A stretch of DNA of 61,349 nt, filler included, from Hausera hauseri (lineage: Eukaryota): assembly GCA_046269625.1 (NCBI GenBank). It is 10 parts of 10 records of this genome, joined end to end, with 100 filler letters (N's around TTAATTAATTAA, not from the genome) between each part and the next. Parts side by side here need not be neighbours in the genome. Positions count along the whole stretch, not along the records: positions 16,987 to 28,549 come from JBJURY010089987.1; positions 28,650 to 35,357 come from JBJURY010073328.1; positions 35,458 to 41,456 come from JBJURY010155867.1; 7 more parts are not named here. One strand, given 5' to 3'. Shown here in pieces: positions 26,440-40,099 of the stretch (positions are counted from its first letter, which is position 1; each line of letters starts with the position of its first letter). Position numbers and translations under genes: made by a program. The notes beneath the pieces were generated by a model. That model was not told the DNA's origin, did no database searches, and was given only the letters and a program-made list of their open reading frames with translations.

Positions 26440-26869
26440 TGAGGATATAATCGAGAACTGAAATTATAAATTTAAATTAGAAGCTATTTTAAATGTTAAA
26501 AAATTCAACCATGATTTTAATTAAAAATGTAATATTGAAAGTATAATTTAATTTTGAAATTTCGGAAAATTTGTTTTCAAATGAGTATTTTGAGATACAA
26601 TAAAATTTTCAACAACTGGCGTTACTTGGCAATGAATAATGACAAACGATGAAATTCTGATTTAGCGGACATACCAGGGGACGGGGATTTTCCAACCCTA
26701 CCCAAATTGGGTGACGATGTGGACGACGTGGATGCGCTCACGGCCAACAATGTATTTGTATAATCCTTGTAAATGTGTGCTAACTTTGCATTTTAAATAA
26801 CCTTTTCTTCGTTAATAAACTCATTTGACTGAAGATGGCAATAATGGACAGAAATTAATGTATTTTTCA
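26440..26869 (+). repeat. Probable 3' LTR
   Basis: Starts TG right after the PPT, contains AATAAA, ends TATTTTTCA; right boundary tentative. Confidence 0.55.
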
Positions 26870-28649
26870 GATGTTGCACCCATCTTCAGAATATAATGTT
26901 TTCAAGGTTTTAAATTTTTAACCAGCATTCAAAAATTTAGAATATGAAATTATATGAATGAATCTATTTTATGAAACTGCTTTGAAAGTAGTTGAACAGT
27001 CCTTATGATGATTTTGAGCTTTCTCGAGATGGCAGCCTTCGACTCGCCCGCTTGTAAAAGGACTGCCATCGCTTCTTAATGGTGGCAGAGTCGCAATACA
27101 TGGTATACGCCGTTCGAAAGATAAATAAATACTGCATTAGATAATTGTTTCACGTAAAAATTTGCTAATTTTACGAACGGAGAAATTTGTGCACAAAACG
27201 CGACAAATCTTTCGCTGCACCCTGTACATTAAACTTAAAACAATTAAGAGACATCTTACCGCATGAAAATTGAATTTTCAATTTCATATCTGGGCATTGA
27301 AGTTGGGTAAACAAATTCGGTCCTGCTTGACATTTTGGACGGCTGGAACATCGTTTGCTAACAAAATGCGTTATATCTTCGGTCATGCATTTCTTTTCTA
27401 AATTTTTTTATCATTACCATAAAATCAAATTTACAAAATAAACAAAAACAGTCAAAAATTTAAAATCAGTTACCAAATTCTCTGTAACTAATACAAGAAT
27501 TTGTCAGAACTTCCAACAATTATATAAAATATACGTCGGTTTGAATTTTTCTGACTTGAATTTTCTTGATTTTACCCGTGCATTATACGCCAGAAATTGC
27601 AATTTCTGATCAATGATTGGCTATTTTGCCCTTAACATGATGCAAAAAATTAAATTTTAAATGCATGATTAATTTCCTAATTTAAATAAGATCAAATTAA
27701 CGACTTAATATTCGTATATTCTATAAAATCCTCAGAAAGGAAACAACTCAAAATTAAAAAATGAATACTACTGTTGAAGTTAATTGTATTTTTAAATAAC
27801 TAATAGTCATATTTTGTGAATAAAAATTTATTTTAACGTTTGAAATAGCTAAAATTAAATTAGAATTAGAGAAATAAAATAAACGTGAAGGAATGTAAAT
27901 TAGAACCACTACCAATATCGACTAAAATTGGTATGTTTAATCAATCTAAATTTTTGATCACGCATAGCCTTCTATCTGATTGGGTAATATTAACTAGGTC
28001 GAGTGAAAAGCAGCTATAAATACTGAAGTTAAAATCAGAAAATTTGGCCAGCTTTTCTTTCAGGAGAATCCCAGAGAGCTAAACAAAATACTACGGAAAT
28101 TCGCAAGTAACTTTGAAGCAGGAAAATTCCTAGCTAACTTACCGCTAAGTGCGAGTAGCTATTGAACAGTAGACATTCCTAGATGACTGAAAAATTGTGT
28201 TGTAAATAATAGTAACTGAGACACACTGTTAGAATACTGACGACGTAAGCGTAGTTGACTTTTGTTTTATTGAAATAAAAAATGTATAAAGGCTACTAAT
28301 AGTAAATTAAATTATTTAACAAAGTGAGAATAGAATTTATTTGTATATAGAATGGATAGTAACGAATTAATAATAGGCTAATTGTCGAAATAATTATGTT
28401 TATACGAAAGAATGTAGAATAATTTAGAATGGTGGAAAAACGTGTGGGTATAAATACCGAGAGAAGCGAACGTATGTCAGAACAGATTTCAGTCAGAAGG
28501 TGGCAAAATTTGGAATTGCGAAAAAGTGATATATATTGACTAATCGATTNNNNNNNNNNNNNNNNNNNNNNNNNNNNNNNNNNNNNNNNNNNNTTAATTA
28601 ATTAANNNNNNNNNNNNNNNNNNNNNNNNNNNNNNNNNNNNNNNNNNNN

Positions 28650-31600
28650 CAAGACGTTGGGTGCCTTCTGGTGATTTTTCCCTGCTATACTTGCTGAATG
28701 TGACTCTGCGTGTTTTGTGTTTATGCGATGCGTTTGTTTGCAGAGGTTGAAGTTGGGGGAAAACTTGTCGGATTTTGTTGTTAGTATTGTATCGTGCGAA
28801 TACGAATCAGAATGAAGAGAAGAAGAAGGTGAAGAAGGAAGAGAGATTGTTGAAGATGGATGGTTGAAGGTATTCAAGAAAGTGTTAGAAGACGAAGGAA
28901 TGATTAAAGGTGTAGTGGTGGATAAAGGAAGAGAGAAAGAAGTTAGAGTAGAAGTTGGAATGGAATTGTGTGAAAAAGTGAAAGTGAAAGATGAAACAGA
29001 GGTAGTGGTAGAGAAAGGAAGAGAAAGAGGGATAGAAGTAAAGATAGTAGGAAGTTGCGAAGTGGAAGTGAAAGGGGTAGAAGACGATGTGTGAGGAGAA
29101 AGGGGGAAAGAAAGCGCCGAAGATGAGGTAGGTGTGGAAGGTGAATGAGAGGAAGAGAGATAAAACGGCAAAGGTGCAAAATGGAAGATATCAATAAGAT
29201 GGAGAAGGCAAAGGAAAGTAGTTGGAAGGTGATGTGCAATAGGTTGGGATGATGAAAAAGGTGAATGGAGAGATTGGTGAAGTCGAAATGGTGTTTGATG
29301 GAGGAAGTATTGTAAGAGGAGGGAGCAGGTTGTTACCAGGGGATGGAGGAGGTGTTGGAAGGCTTGAATGTTCAAAATAGGATGGGGAAAAAGAGGCTGA
29401 ATTGTGAGAAGAAATTGAAGTGGAAGTTTTGGGCGAAAGCATAGGGAAAAATGGATTAAGACATTGAGCAGAGATGGAAAGTGAATTGTTGGATTGCTGC
29501 GCGTCGTATAAAAATGTTGGTGGAGAAGTGATTTCGATGGGAAACGTGTCGTCAATGAAGAAGGCCGGTTTAGCATTATTGATGTGAACTTCTACTTCTT
29601 TGTCGTCTTTGAGGATGATGACGTTGTGGGAGTGTAAACAAATTCCTTTGTAAGGGCCAACATACTGAGGTTGAAAACCGCACGGCATCTGATTCTTTAG
29701 CCAAACAAATTTAGCAGTATATAAATTGTCTGATATGTAAGGTTTATTTCCGCGTAATAGTCTACAAAATGAGTCTTTTCTGATCTCAATGAAGTGTTTC
29801 TGTGCCGCTTGTATGGTTTTGTCTGTAGGAATATTGTCCATCTCAGTCAGCTCGAATAATGATCTGATGGAAGTACCAGATAATGCTTCTGCAGGTGAAC
29901 AGCTTGTAGAAGTGGATTGTGTGTTCCGCCAGCCAAGCAGAACGTACGGAACGGGTGGTCTAACTGCGATTAGACTCAGCCAGGATTTTGAGAGACGTTT
30001 TCATCGTTCGGTGAAAGCGTTCGAGAAAATCATTCGTTTGAGGATGGTATAGTGACGTGTGAATGTGGCTAATTCCCAATCGATTGACAATAGCTTTAAA
30101 CAGGTTGGATTTAAACTGTGGACCTTGGTCCGAAATGATGTGGCGAGGTGATCCAAACCTGCTGATCCAAGTGCGGATGAAAACGTCTGCGATGGTTTCT
30201 GTGTTGGTGCTATGAAGCGCGACAGCCTCTGGCCATCGCGAGGAACGGTCCATCATTGTGAGGATGAACTGATGATCGTTCTCTAAGGGTAATGGACATA
30301 CAAGGTCAATGCGAACAGATTCGAAACGAGACGTGCAGGGGAAATGAAATAGTGGTGGCTTTAGGTTCTTAGTAACTTTGCATTTGTGGCATGCCACACA
30401 CTGCTTAACCCATTCCTGTACGTCAGAGCTCATCAGCGGTCATATTACTTGGCATTGTAAGAGTTGAAAAGTGGCCTTGGCACCGGGATGACACAAAGAA
30501 TGGACGCTGTGGAATGCTTCTTTTTGAAGCGACTCAGAAAGAAAGATTTTGGGATTATTAGGTTTGGAGGTGTCAAGGCCACACCGTAGATGGTTTTGCA
30601 AGACTTAAAAAACTTAAGAGTGTCAGGAGGTGGCTGGTTTTGCTGAAGTTTGGATTGAAGAAAAATTGGTGTAAAATCAGTCGAGCTGACCGATCGGGGC
30701 AAAAATTCAGCTACTAAATTGTCGAATTCCTTTAGGTGTTTAATTACAAAATTAAATATTGACAAATACGACATTTGCCTCTCCTGACGTGGAGAAGGCG
30801 ATTTTATGGTGAGAATTTAAAGCAAGAACTTGTGGTCCGTTTGTATGGTAAAAGTTCGTGCAGTTAGTAGATGTTTAAAGTGTTTTACAGCAAGGACAAT
30901 TGGAAGCAACCCTCGGTCAAAGGTGGGATATCTTTGCTCTTGTGCTGTGAATTTTCGAGAAAAGAATTCCAATGGCTCATGGGATCCATTTTTAACTTAA
31001 TGGAGGACAGCACCTGCAGCTGTTCTGGATGCGTCCGTGGTTAAGAAAATTTCTGCATGGGAGTCTGGATAGGCCAGAATTTCCACAGTTTTTACGTTGT
31101 CTTTGAGGCTATCGAAAGCATTGACTAAATTGGCGGTACATTGAATAGGCTGTTTCTTCTTGCCAGAGCTTAATGATGCTAATGTAGCGGTTAGAGTGGA
31201 GCAATGCGGAACGTACTTATTAATAAAGTGCAGGGTTCCAAGGAAAGAACGCATCTCTGTTGATGTACGTGGTAGTTGTATGCTTTTCAACTGTGTGATG
31301 CGGTCAAACTGAGGTGAGTGTCCGGATGAGCTAATAAAATGTCCTAGGAAGTTGACCTTATGCTGAAAGAAAGAGAATTTGGAGAAATTAATTTGCAAAT
31401 TGTTTTGGTGTAAACGCTGGAAGATTAAACGTAAGTGTTCAGAGTGTTGTTTGGAGGAAGATGATGCAATTAAGATATCATCAGTATTGGGATAGGCAAA
31501 GTCTAAGCCTGATAGGACTGTATCGACATGCCTTTGGAAAGTCTGAGAAGCGCTACGGAGTCCAAAAGGCATGAAGAGGTATTCAAAAAGGCCAAAAGGT

Positions 31601-32760
31601 GTAATGACAGCCGTTTTCGGAATGTCTGCTGGAGCCACCGGAATTTGGTAATATTCTTTATGTAGATCAATGCAGGAAAAGATGGTCAACCATGGAGCCT
31701 GTGAAGGATATCGTTGATTAATGGTATAGTAGGCATCCATTGTTGTTATGGTGTTAAGTTTGTGGTAATCACCGCATGGCCGAAATGTGCCATCTTTTTT
31801 GGAACCAAATGCAGTGGTGAAGACCAGTGGGATTTTAATCTTCTGATTATGCCTAATTTTTCAAGGTCCAGAAACTCAGCCTACACTGCCTGTCTGCGTT
31901 GAGACGATAGCGGGCGGACCTTTGCCAGATTGGACGTTGATGTGCAGTTACTATGTGCTGGAAGGTGGATTGAGGTGGTGAGAATGATTTGTCTTTCTGC
32001 AACAGACGCATGCAGGAAGACGAAATGTATTGTTGTACATCAGAAGGCAACAATAAGAAGTTATCCGATGGTATCGATGCGTCGTTACTGGATGTAGTTG
32101 AAGTGTGAGTTTTAGACGAAGTGTTGTGACTGGGTGGTATTTGGTGCAGGATTTTCGTGTTAAAAATGGTGTTGGTAGCTGTGCTATTTATAATAGGTGT
32201 CACGCAGTTGGCAATATCGCATTTGTCACCGTAGTAAAAATTTTTGCATAAAGTATGATTATAAAAATAATTTGAATCCGAAGTCGTTTGCTTCAGTACT
32301 GACTTACTGGACGCGATCGCCGGGATGGTCACCGGAATGCTGCTAATTTGATTAAGATTATTTCCGCATTTCAAGGAACATTGTTTGCAATCTACAAGTA
32401 AATTGTAGTGGGACAGAAAGTCTAAACCCAATATAGGTGTGCGTACATTGGCTATTGTAAATTTCCATGTGAATGTGTTCGAGAGGTGTGGAAGAGTGAA
32501 TATTAATTTGGTAACTCCAAAAATCTGTAAGGGTTCACCGGACACAATAAACAGTGGCTTTTGTGAAGTGTAAATACGTTGTATGTGTATGTGATGCGTT
32601 GGTGGCAGTAGAGAAATTGCTGCGCCTGTGTCTATAAGAAAGGTGATGTTTTGCTTCGTTGGAGTTACGATTACTGCTTCCAACGTGAATACAGCAACAG
32701 ATGTGTCGGCTCTCTTTTTCGGGTTGTTGTCTTTGCTAGAACTTGCCGTGTGTCCTAGCG
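28650..32760 (-). mobile_element. Ty3/gypsy (CsRn1-like) pol: PR-RT-RH-IN, decayed, with S/T/P-rich 3' extension
   Basis: [12 protein letters not shown]; KTAVITPFGLFEYLFMPFGL; YPNTDDILIAS; TTDASRTAAGAVL; FESVRIDLVCPLP..DRSSRWPEAV; ISDQGPQF; YVGPYK. Confidence 0.93.
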
Positions 32761-32771
32761 GGGAAATTAGT

Positions 32772-34718
32772 GTAAAAATTCTCCCGTTCTCTACATTCCG
32801 ATTGAATCTCAGCGTTACGACACCGTACAATGCCGATTTCCATAAGGACAAAATGAATATCCATTTACCGCAGTCTCTGGAAACGATTGCTGAAGTATCG
32901 GATCTAGCTCGGGTAACTAAATTGGTCATCACTCCACAGAGTAATCAACCGGTGATGAGTATCGTTCAGGACACGCTGACGGCAGCAAATCAACTTACTC
33001 GTCGTGACGTATTTCTCGATAATGCCGACATTATGCATCTGTTAATGTTCCATCGGAACTGGGACGGCGTTTTACCGAAACCGGAAATATACCAAACGAA
33101 AATGTTCTGGACCGGTAAACAGCTGTATTCTCTGCTCATTCCCGGCCGGATAAATTGCATCAGAACGCACAGTACCCATCCGGACTCCGAAGAATTCGGT
33201 CCATTCAAATGGATTTCACCCGGTGATACAAAGGTCATCACTGAACACGGGAAATTGATTTGCGGAAAGACCTGTAAGAAAACATTGGGTAGCAGTTCCG
33301 GTTCATTGATTCATATCATTGCATTGAAACAGGCCCATGAAGAAACGGGCATGTTTTTCAATAACGTCCAATCGGTAGTCAATAATTGGCTGCTACTCGA
33401 AGGCCATACAATCGGTATTTGCGACGCACTATACGATTCTCGAACACGAGAAAAAATTAAATTAACCATTGAAAAAGCCAAATAAGCATTATTCGAAACG
33501 ATCGATCAAGCACACAATGACGAACTGCAATCGACACCGGGCAATACACTACGGCAGACATTCGAACATACCGTTAATAAAATCCTAATCGATGCTCCAG
33601 ATAAAACGGAGAATTACGCACAGAAATCCTTATCGCAGCATAACAATTTCAATGTTATGGTTATGCCCGGTGTCAAAAGATCGAAAATCAACGTTTCCAA
33701 AGTGATTGCCTGTGTTGGACAGCAAAACGTCGAAGGACGACGAATCCTATTCAGATTTCAACAACGAACTATACCGCACTTTATCAAAGACGATTACGGA
33801 CCGGAATCTCGGGGATTCGTGGAGAATTCGTATTTGGCCGGTTTGACACCGACGGAATTTTATTTCCATTCAATGGACGGTCGGGAAGGACTCATTAACA
33901 CAGCCGTAAAGACCGCAGAAACCGGCTATATCCAACGACGACTTATGAAGACATTGGAATCGGTGATGGTGAAATATGACCTTACTGTTCGTAATCAAAT
34001 CGATCAGATCATTCAGTTTCGCTACGGTGAAGACGGACTCGATGGGGCATTTGTGGAATTCCAGAATTTGCCGACGTATCGATTGAATACCGTTCAGTTT
34101 GAGAAGCTATTCCGATTGGACGTAACGAATGAGGACGAGTTGTTGGAGTATCTCGATGAAAATGTTGTCCATGAAATAACGACACGAACTGATTACGTTT
34201 GTTTGCTCGATGTCGAATGGAATCAGCTTTTTAAGGATCGGCGATCAATTCGGAAAATTTTGAAACATGACTCAAACGGGCGAGTTGTTCTGCCGTGTAA
34301 TATTCAACGACTGATTTCCAATGCATAAAATATCTTCAAAATTGATTTGTTAGCAAAGACGAGTTTGTCACGGATTCTTGTTATTGAAGAAGTCAACAAT
34401 TTGTGTTCGCAATTGATTGTTGTTAGCGGTGATGATGAAATTAGTAAGAAGGCTAATCATAATGCAACGTTATTGTGATGCTGTCTTATTCGCAGTTGCC
34501 TTTGTTCGAAAAAGGTCGTTCAAGAATACCGTTTAACGCAAAAGGCATTTGAATGGATAATCGGTGAAATTAAAATAAGATTTGATAAGTCATTGGCTCA
34601 TTCCGGTGAAATGGTTGGTGCATTAGCCGCAGAAAGTCTTGGTGAACCGGCTACACAAATGACACTTAATACGTTTCATTATGCCGGTGTTTCAGCGAAA
34701 AATGTTACGTTGGGCGTT
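32772..34718 (+). pseudogene. RPB1: RNA polymerase II largest subunit, internal fragment, intronless, inactive
   Basis: [20 protein letters not shown] (catalytic NADFDGD altered), [20 protein letters not shown] and [27 protein letters not shown]; one frame with stops at 33483, 34326 and about 34477; truncated at both ends. Confidence 0.95.
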
Positions 34719-34729
34719 TTTATTTTTAT

Positions 34730-35230
34730 TTTATTACGTTTCTGGATCAGTGACAATGATATCGTTTTGAATTTCCTTATTACCTCCATAATAAAACGGG
34801 GCCAAGAGGGAGTATTCACTTATATCATCTGCGTAAGCTCTCTGAGCCAACTTCTGAAGGGCACATGCATACTCTTGCACGGTTTCACCTCTTCTTTGAC
34901 GTAGCCTGTTAAACTCTCCAATTCGACCTTTTTTTATGGATCTATTAAAAGTCTTTCTTCCAGGGCGTCCTTGAGGCTAGCCCAATCAACTTTGTCATCA
35001 TCTGTAACTTGTGTATAAGCAATTAATGCTATACCTTTGAAATGTAAAGGGAGCTGTTTCATCCTAAACTCATCTGTCCATTTGCAACTTTCGGAGTACA
35101 TTTCGTACTGCATAATGAATTCACTATAAACTTGGTCCGATTTGGCCTCATGCTTGTCTATCGGCAGTATCATGTTTCCTGTTAAATTGTTGCCTAGACT
35201 TGAACCAAGTCCCGAATTTGACATTTATGG
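34730..35230 (-). mobile_element. LTR retrotransposon gag fragment
   Basis: EFIMQYE..KWTDE..LPLHFKGIA..WASLKDAL then (frameshift) [23 protein letters not shown]. Confidence 0.8.
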
Positions 35231-35457
35231 GTTATCTTGTGGATTTATTTCTGTATTTTCGTCTGATTCGGAACTACTCCTTGCCAAATCAGTGCGTAAA
35301 GTTGTATTATTAGCATGTGATTTACGTTTACTGCGTAAAAAATACGACGCCAGTATGNNNNNNNNNNNNNNNNNNNNNNNNNNNNNNNNNNNNNNNNNNN
35401 NTTAATTAATTAANNNNNNNNNNNNNNNNNNNNNNNNNNNNNNNNNNNNNNNNNNNN

Positions 35458-36190
35458 CTTAATAGGTCCAACTTGAGACTGTGCAATAATGCTAAAAAGC
35501 TAGTTACATATGATAGTAAGGCCCAGTTTAAAGAGAGCATCATTATAGCCGATGATCTCGTTGCCGTTCTCCTTGATAAAGACATAGTGACTTTAGATAG
35601 GACCTTATACATCGGTCAGGCTGTACTTGATCCGTCCAAGTTACGGATGTATGAGTTGAATTATATCGAGTTGGAGACATATCGGCGACAGTTTAATTGT
35701 GAGCTAAATATCGTTACCAGTGACACGGAGTTTTTTCTCGAGTGCCGTGGCGTTCATTTGCGATCTCAACTTTTACCGACGATGATTGTAAGTGAACAAC
35801 TGGATACATCCAACTATAATGCTAACGACTCTATTTACTCTTCTCGATTCTCTTCTGTTATAGGAAAATTCAAGGATGAGAGTAAGGGATCTGTTTATAC
35901 CAAGAGGGCATTTTCTTCAGACCAAAATCTTGTGCGTTGAAAACACAGAGCAAACCAATAATGAAATGTAAGGGGGTAAATCTGAAACAAACAGACGTAC
36001 AATTCGACAACTATCTAAATGCTTATAAAACTGGTCGTGGCACAATGGTGGATCAAGAAAGAATCGGCACCAAAAACCACCAAATTATGACAATTCAATC
36101 GAGGAAAATGGCACTGGATCCCTTCGATGACAAACGCCACTGGATTGACAAAATAAAAGTGTTGCATACGGACACTATTGTATACATTTG
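35458..36190 (+). mobile_element. Polinton/adintovirus-like protein-primed DNA polymerase B, C-terminal part
   Basis: LYIGQAVLDPSKLRMY, TSDTE (DTDS remnant), LDTSNY, IGKFKDE, KCKGV and FDDKR. Confidence 0.88.
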
Positions 36191-36974
36191 TAAATATTTA
36201 TTTTCTTTATAAATGTTATGCCAATAAATATTTGTATCTTATGTCTCATTTGCTTTTGATATTTATAAGATTTTTTGCCATAGTAAATGTGTCATTTTTA
36301 TAAAATTAAAACAAAAGAAAAATGTATAGGGAGATGTTAAGTAACTGAAAAAGATACATGACAAGTTAATGACATGTGACTGACAAATGAATAAAGTTAA
36401 TAACAAAGGCTTGTGACAGAATAAAGACAAGTGACAAACAAGTGCCTAAGAGAAAAATTTCCTTCCTCATTAGTCCGTGTGTCAGACAATTGCAGTGTAG
36501 TAAAATTTTCCTTTCCGGGGGGGCTGCGGCAGTGTCCTCACTTATATCTACTCATGCGCTTGATGGTACGATTAGCAACTGGCGTAGTAACTCTTGGTCT
36601 TCTTCATCGTTTTCTAGCCAGAAATGAGCCAGTTGCATGATATCGGGACAGACATTTTTGTACCGCACTTCGAGAGATTCCAAGTTGCTCTGCCAGTAGT
36701 TGTGTGTAGCCTTCTTGACGTAAAACAACAATCTGGCTGACAATATGACAAGGAGTATCATAAGCTCTTCCCATGTGTCATATGAAAGAGAAGGTGGAAG
36801 AATGAAAACCTGTATTCCGCAACAAGCGGTATTTATAGGGCTGCCAAGCATTGCAACTGTCTCATTCACCTTCAATCCCATTGGTTCATGCGTCGTGTTA
36901 AGCTGGCTTACATGCTGCAATCACTTTGCTTCAGTCTTGGCTAGGTACGAGGAGCACACCACACATCTCTGAGT

Positions 36975-37260
36975 GATCTGGAAGAGAAAGTGAAGCGAGC
37001 GTGGCAAACAGAGGTGACTGTCTAGTATTGTGCGTCACTGATTAAATCGATGCTAGAACGCCTGGTAGCTGTCATTCGTTGTAGAGATGGGCCAACAAAA
37101 TATTGAGCATCATTTCTGTGTTAGTGACACTCCTAAGATATCTGTCTTATGTTACTGTGTGATTTGCATGCATAAACTTAGTTTGATTTAATAAAAAGTA
37201 GATTTGGTTTGAAAAAAACATGTTTTTTCATTATTGTTCTAATCTAATTTTCAGCATGGT
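36975..37260 (+). mobile_element. Tc1-like 3' end
   Basis: DLEEKVKRAW..LIKSMLERLVAVIRCRDGPTKY*, the typical Tc1 C-terminus. Confidence 0.75.
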
Positions 37261-37261
37261 A

Positions 37262-39600
37262 TATCAGTGGAAGTACGACTAGTTGTCAGGGAAATGTATT
37301 TACCATCACGAATAAAGCGGATTTAGTCAGCGCAATCGAACTGACCAACTCACAGTCACAACGTCAAGGAAGAGGTATTCTCGCTGTTGATTTCAGTAGC
37401 ATTAATTTATCAAATCTGTTGGATGGACTGCAAAATACGTATTTCATATACAGTAACGAAATCAGCATGAGTGTCATTTACAATGCATCATTATCGGCAG
37501 TTAACTACAAATTTATCATGAAGAATTGGTATAATGGATGTTCCAATTCATTTAACGCTAATCTATCGTATGTTTGTAAACAGAATCTGACATCGGGCTC
37601 CGAAACTTGTTCTATTTTCACTACATTTTGGTCCAATAATTTTCCCTCGTGTTACTATTTCTCCGACAAAATAACATATTACGCTTCAGCTACCATTTTT
37701 GTAACAATATCATTTTCCAATTATTTTGGTTTACTTCGGAATCAGAATTCTGTGTTGTAGTAGCAACTAGTACTTCACTAGGATTTTGGATACCATTGGC
37801 GATTAATGCAGTCCCGAATGGAATTATTGAAGACGATGGTTTGTATATTTCAACTAGTCCAACAAATTCCCCATTTGCACTAAGCAATTTCCTATATTTT
37901 ACTGAAGAAGAATACAGTTACAATCAAAGTTGCGTACAAGCCATTTATTCGACATCTACCATTATAACTCGATATATAAATGCCAAATGTGGAGCGAATT
38001 TCACCGCAATTTGTCAGAAACCAGCAGATATTGCTCAGTACTAAATTTACACGTGCAATAAAACAGACAATTAAATTCTGAACAATGTCAAATACTGTTA
38101 CAAAACTATTCATCTGATGTAATTCTTCCCGGCAATCCAGTCATGCAATGCTTTAAATTCCGCTTTGACAACAAAGACTCCGGCAATAATGGATCTATGG
38201 GTTGGTTACTATGGAAATTCCAATCGAATGACGATGCTCGATCAAAACCAAGTACAATGGAGTTGCAAAATGAGTTTGTCATTCAATTACCGGATTGACC
38301 CTGTTGATTATTCCTTTAAAATTACGCAAAAATAAATATTCGTAAGACTTTACCCGCGATTGTTGGTGCACGAAAATCCGCTTTTCCATTTTCAAATGCA
38401 CCAACAACGTCCCGATATTATTTGATAAATTTGACTTTATGCAACGTGTTAACAACAATAACGTAAGGTTTTCTCCATTATCTTCAAAGAAATATTCGGA
38501 AACAAAATTCATTTCTAACGCATAAAAAATCTTTTATTTCATTCAAAAAATTTATTTCCTTTTATTTCGCGTTACTGCGCTTTTAAAACAAAACAACATA
38601 AAACTATATATATCTGCACAGTGAAAAAGGGCGAATCCGGTCCCCGCTTACAAAACTCCACACGGTCATAATAAATGTCATACCATACAATTACAGAAAC
38701 TCTAGTAGAATGTACTACACATTTATCAATTTCCCCAACAATAAACAACACAGCAAAGTTATCTGTGAAATTTTATCTTTATTTGGCCAACCATTAAACA
38801 TTTCTATGGATAAACAATTACCAGTGATCATGCAGAATATGTTAAATTTACCTACTTCATGCGACTTCAATTCTATGGCACTAGATCTTATCATGGATTT
38901 AATTTTGGATAATTTCTTGTTCAATGTTCCACAAGTTCGTAGCTTCTTTGAAAACCTCCTCCTCACGGCACAAAGTCAATCCCATTGTAAACAAGGCAAC
39001 ACGAACCGTACAGAATACAAATACTTGGTTTTGAGGCAGGTAGAAATTGGTAGAGATAACGCATTTCAGCTAATTGATAATCAGCTGCTCATCGAATTCC
39101 ACAATTCGACAAATTTCTAGGCAAACATCGTCATAATAAAAGATTCATTGGGAAATGTAGTCTACTCAGTTGTCGATAGCCAATATGAATATGTTACATC
39201 ATACACATTGTACATGTATTCGAATCAAGAAAATTTGTACTGTTTCTTGTGGACTAACGACTCCCGTATTTTGCAGTGTAACATATCGATTGAATTGGAA
39301 TATTGGTATATCTGCACTTGTCCTAGATTTGGAATTGTTGTTTTTCATAATCACGTCAATTTGTCTGTCTGTTGCTGGTTCTCTGGCTAACAGTCCTTCT
39401 CCTACAGCCGCAATTAATCAGTTACACTTGTCGAAATAAGTGGCCATCAACAAGTGTATATATCGCATGGGGAATGTTGATAACTCATGCTATATGCACA
39501 TACACCGTAATGCTTGGTGATTCGAATTCTCTGAAATCGTATCGAATTAATTTATTTGCCAATATGAGTGTGATAAATCCTACTGAGCACTACAGTTGAC
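37262..39600 (+). pseudogene. Degenerate adhesion-GPCR/PKD-like gene: C-type-lectin-like repeats, GPS motif, start of TM region
   Basis: WYNGC..LSYVCKQ and SCVQ..AKCGANFTAICQK (CTL-like); YCFLW..LQC..YICTCPRFG (GPS-like); hydrophobic ICLSVAGSL; many frameshifts. Confidence 0.55.
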
Positions 39601-39636
39601 TTTTCCCATTTTTCTTTTATTCTTTTGATACATACT

Positions 39637-40002
39637 TTAACATTCCATTGTGTATTTGGATAGATCCCTTGTTGATATCTTATAGCCCATAAAATCCATG
39701 AATTTTGTTGAGTCGGGGTGAAAATATTGCTCTCTATTATCATTTAACTTGCCATCAGGACTTGTTCCAATTGCTTGTAATTTTGCAGCTAGACTGATGT
39801 ACTCATTAGCTGTAATGTTCTTTACATGGTATCCAAATATGCTCTGCCTAATATGTACTGGATCATGTAGCTCTAATATTCTTGTACACTTTAGAAAATT
39901 TATATAGCATCCTGTATAGTTTCTTAAAACCTTCATTCGAGGCACCTTGATCTCATGACATCTGAACAATTCATCATATATCATGGGCTTTACATCTACC
40001 AT
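39637..40002 (-). CDS. Hypothetical protein fragment
   Basis: 121-aa ORF with protein-like composition; family not recognised. Confidence 0.2.
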   Translation of the reverse strand: MVDVKPMIYDELFRCHEIKVPRMKVLRNYTGCYINFLKCTRILELHDPVHIRQSIFGYHVKNITANEYISLAAKLQAIGTSPDGKLNDNREQYFHPDSTKFMDFMGYKISTRDLSKYTMEC

Positions 40003-40099
40003 TTTGATTCCGTCTCATGTACTCAATCAGATAGAGTTTTTCCCCTGCAAGATAGTTTTATTTGTTTTCGTTTATTTTTGTCTATTTTTAGATCGTTAA

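Noticed and set aside
28864-29094. V/E/K-rich plus-strand ORF
   Set aside because: Antisense of low-complexity retroelement sequence.
32628-32771. N-terminal hydrophobic extension on the RPB1 ORF
   Set aside because: It is the antisense of the gypsy pre-protease region; RPB1 homology starts at about 32772.
33483-34480. Stop-codon reassignment suggested by in-frame stops in RPB1
   Set aside because: Stops are both TAA and TGA, the active site is mutated, and intact genes read normally with the standard code.
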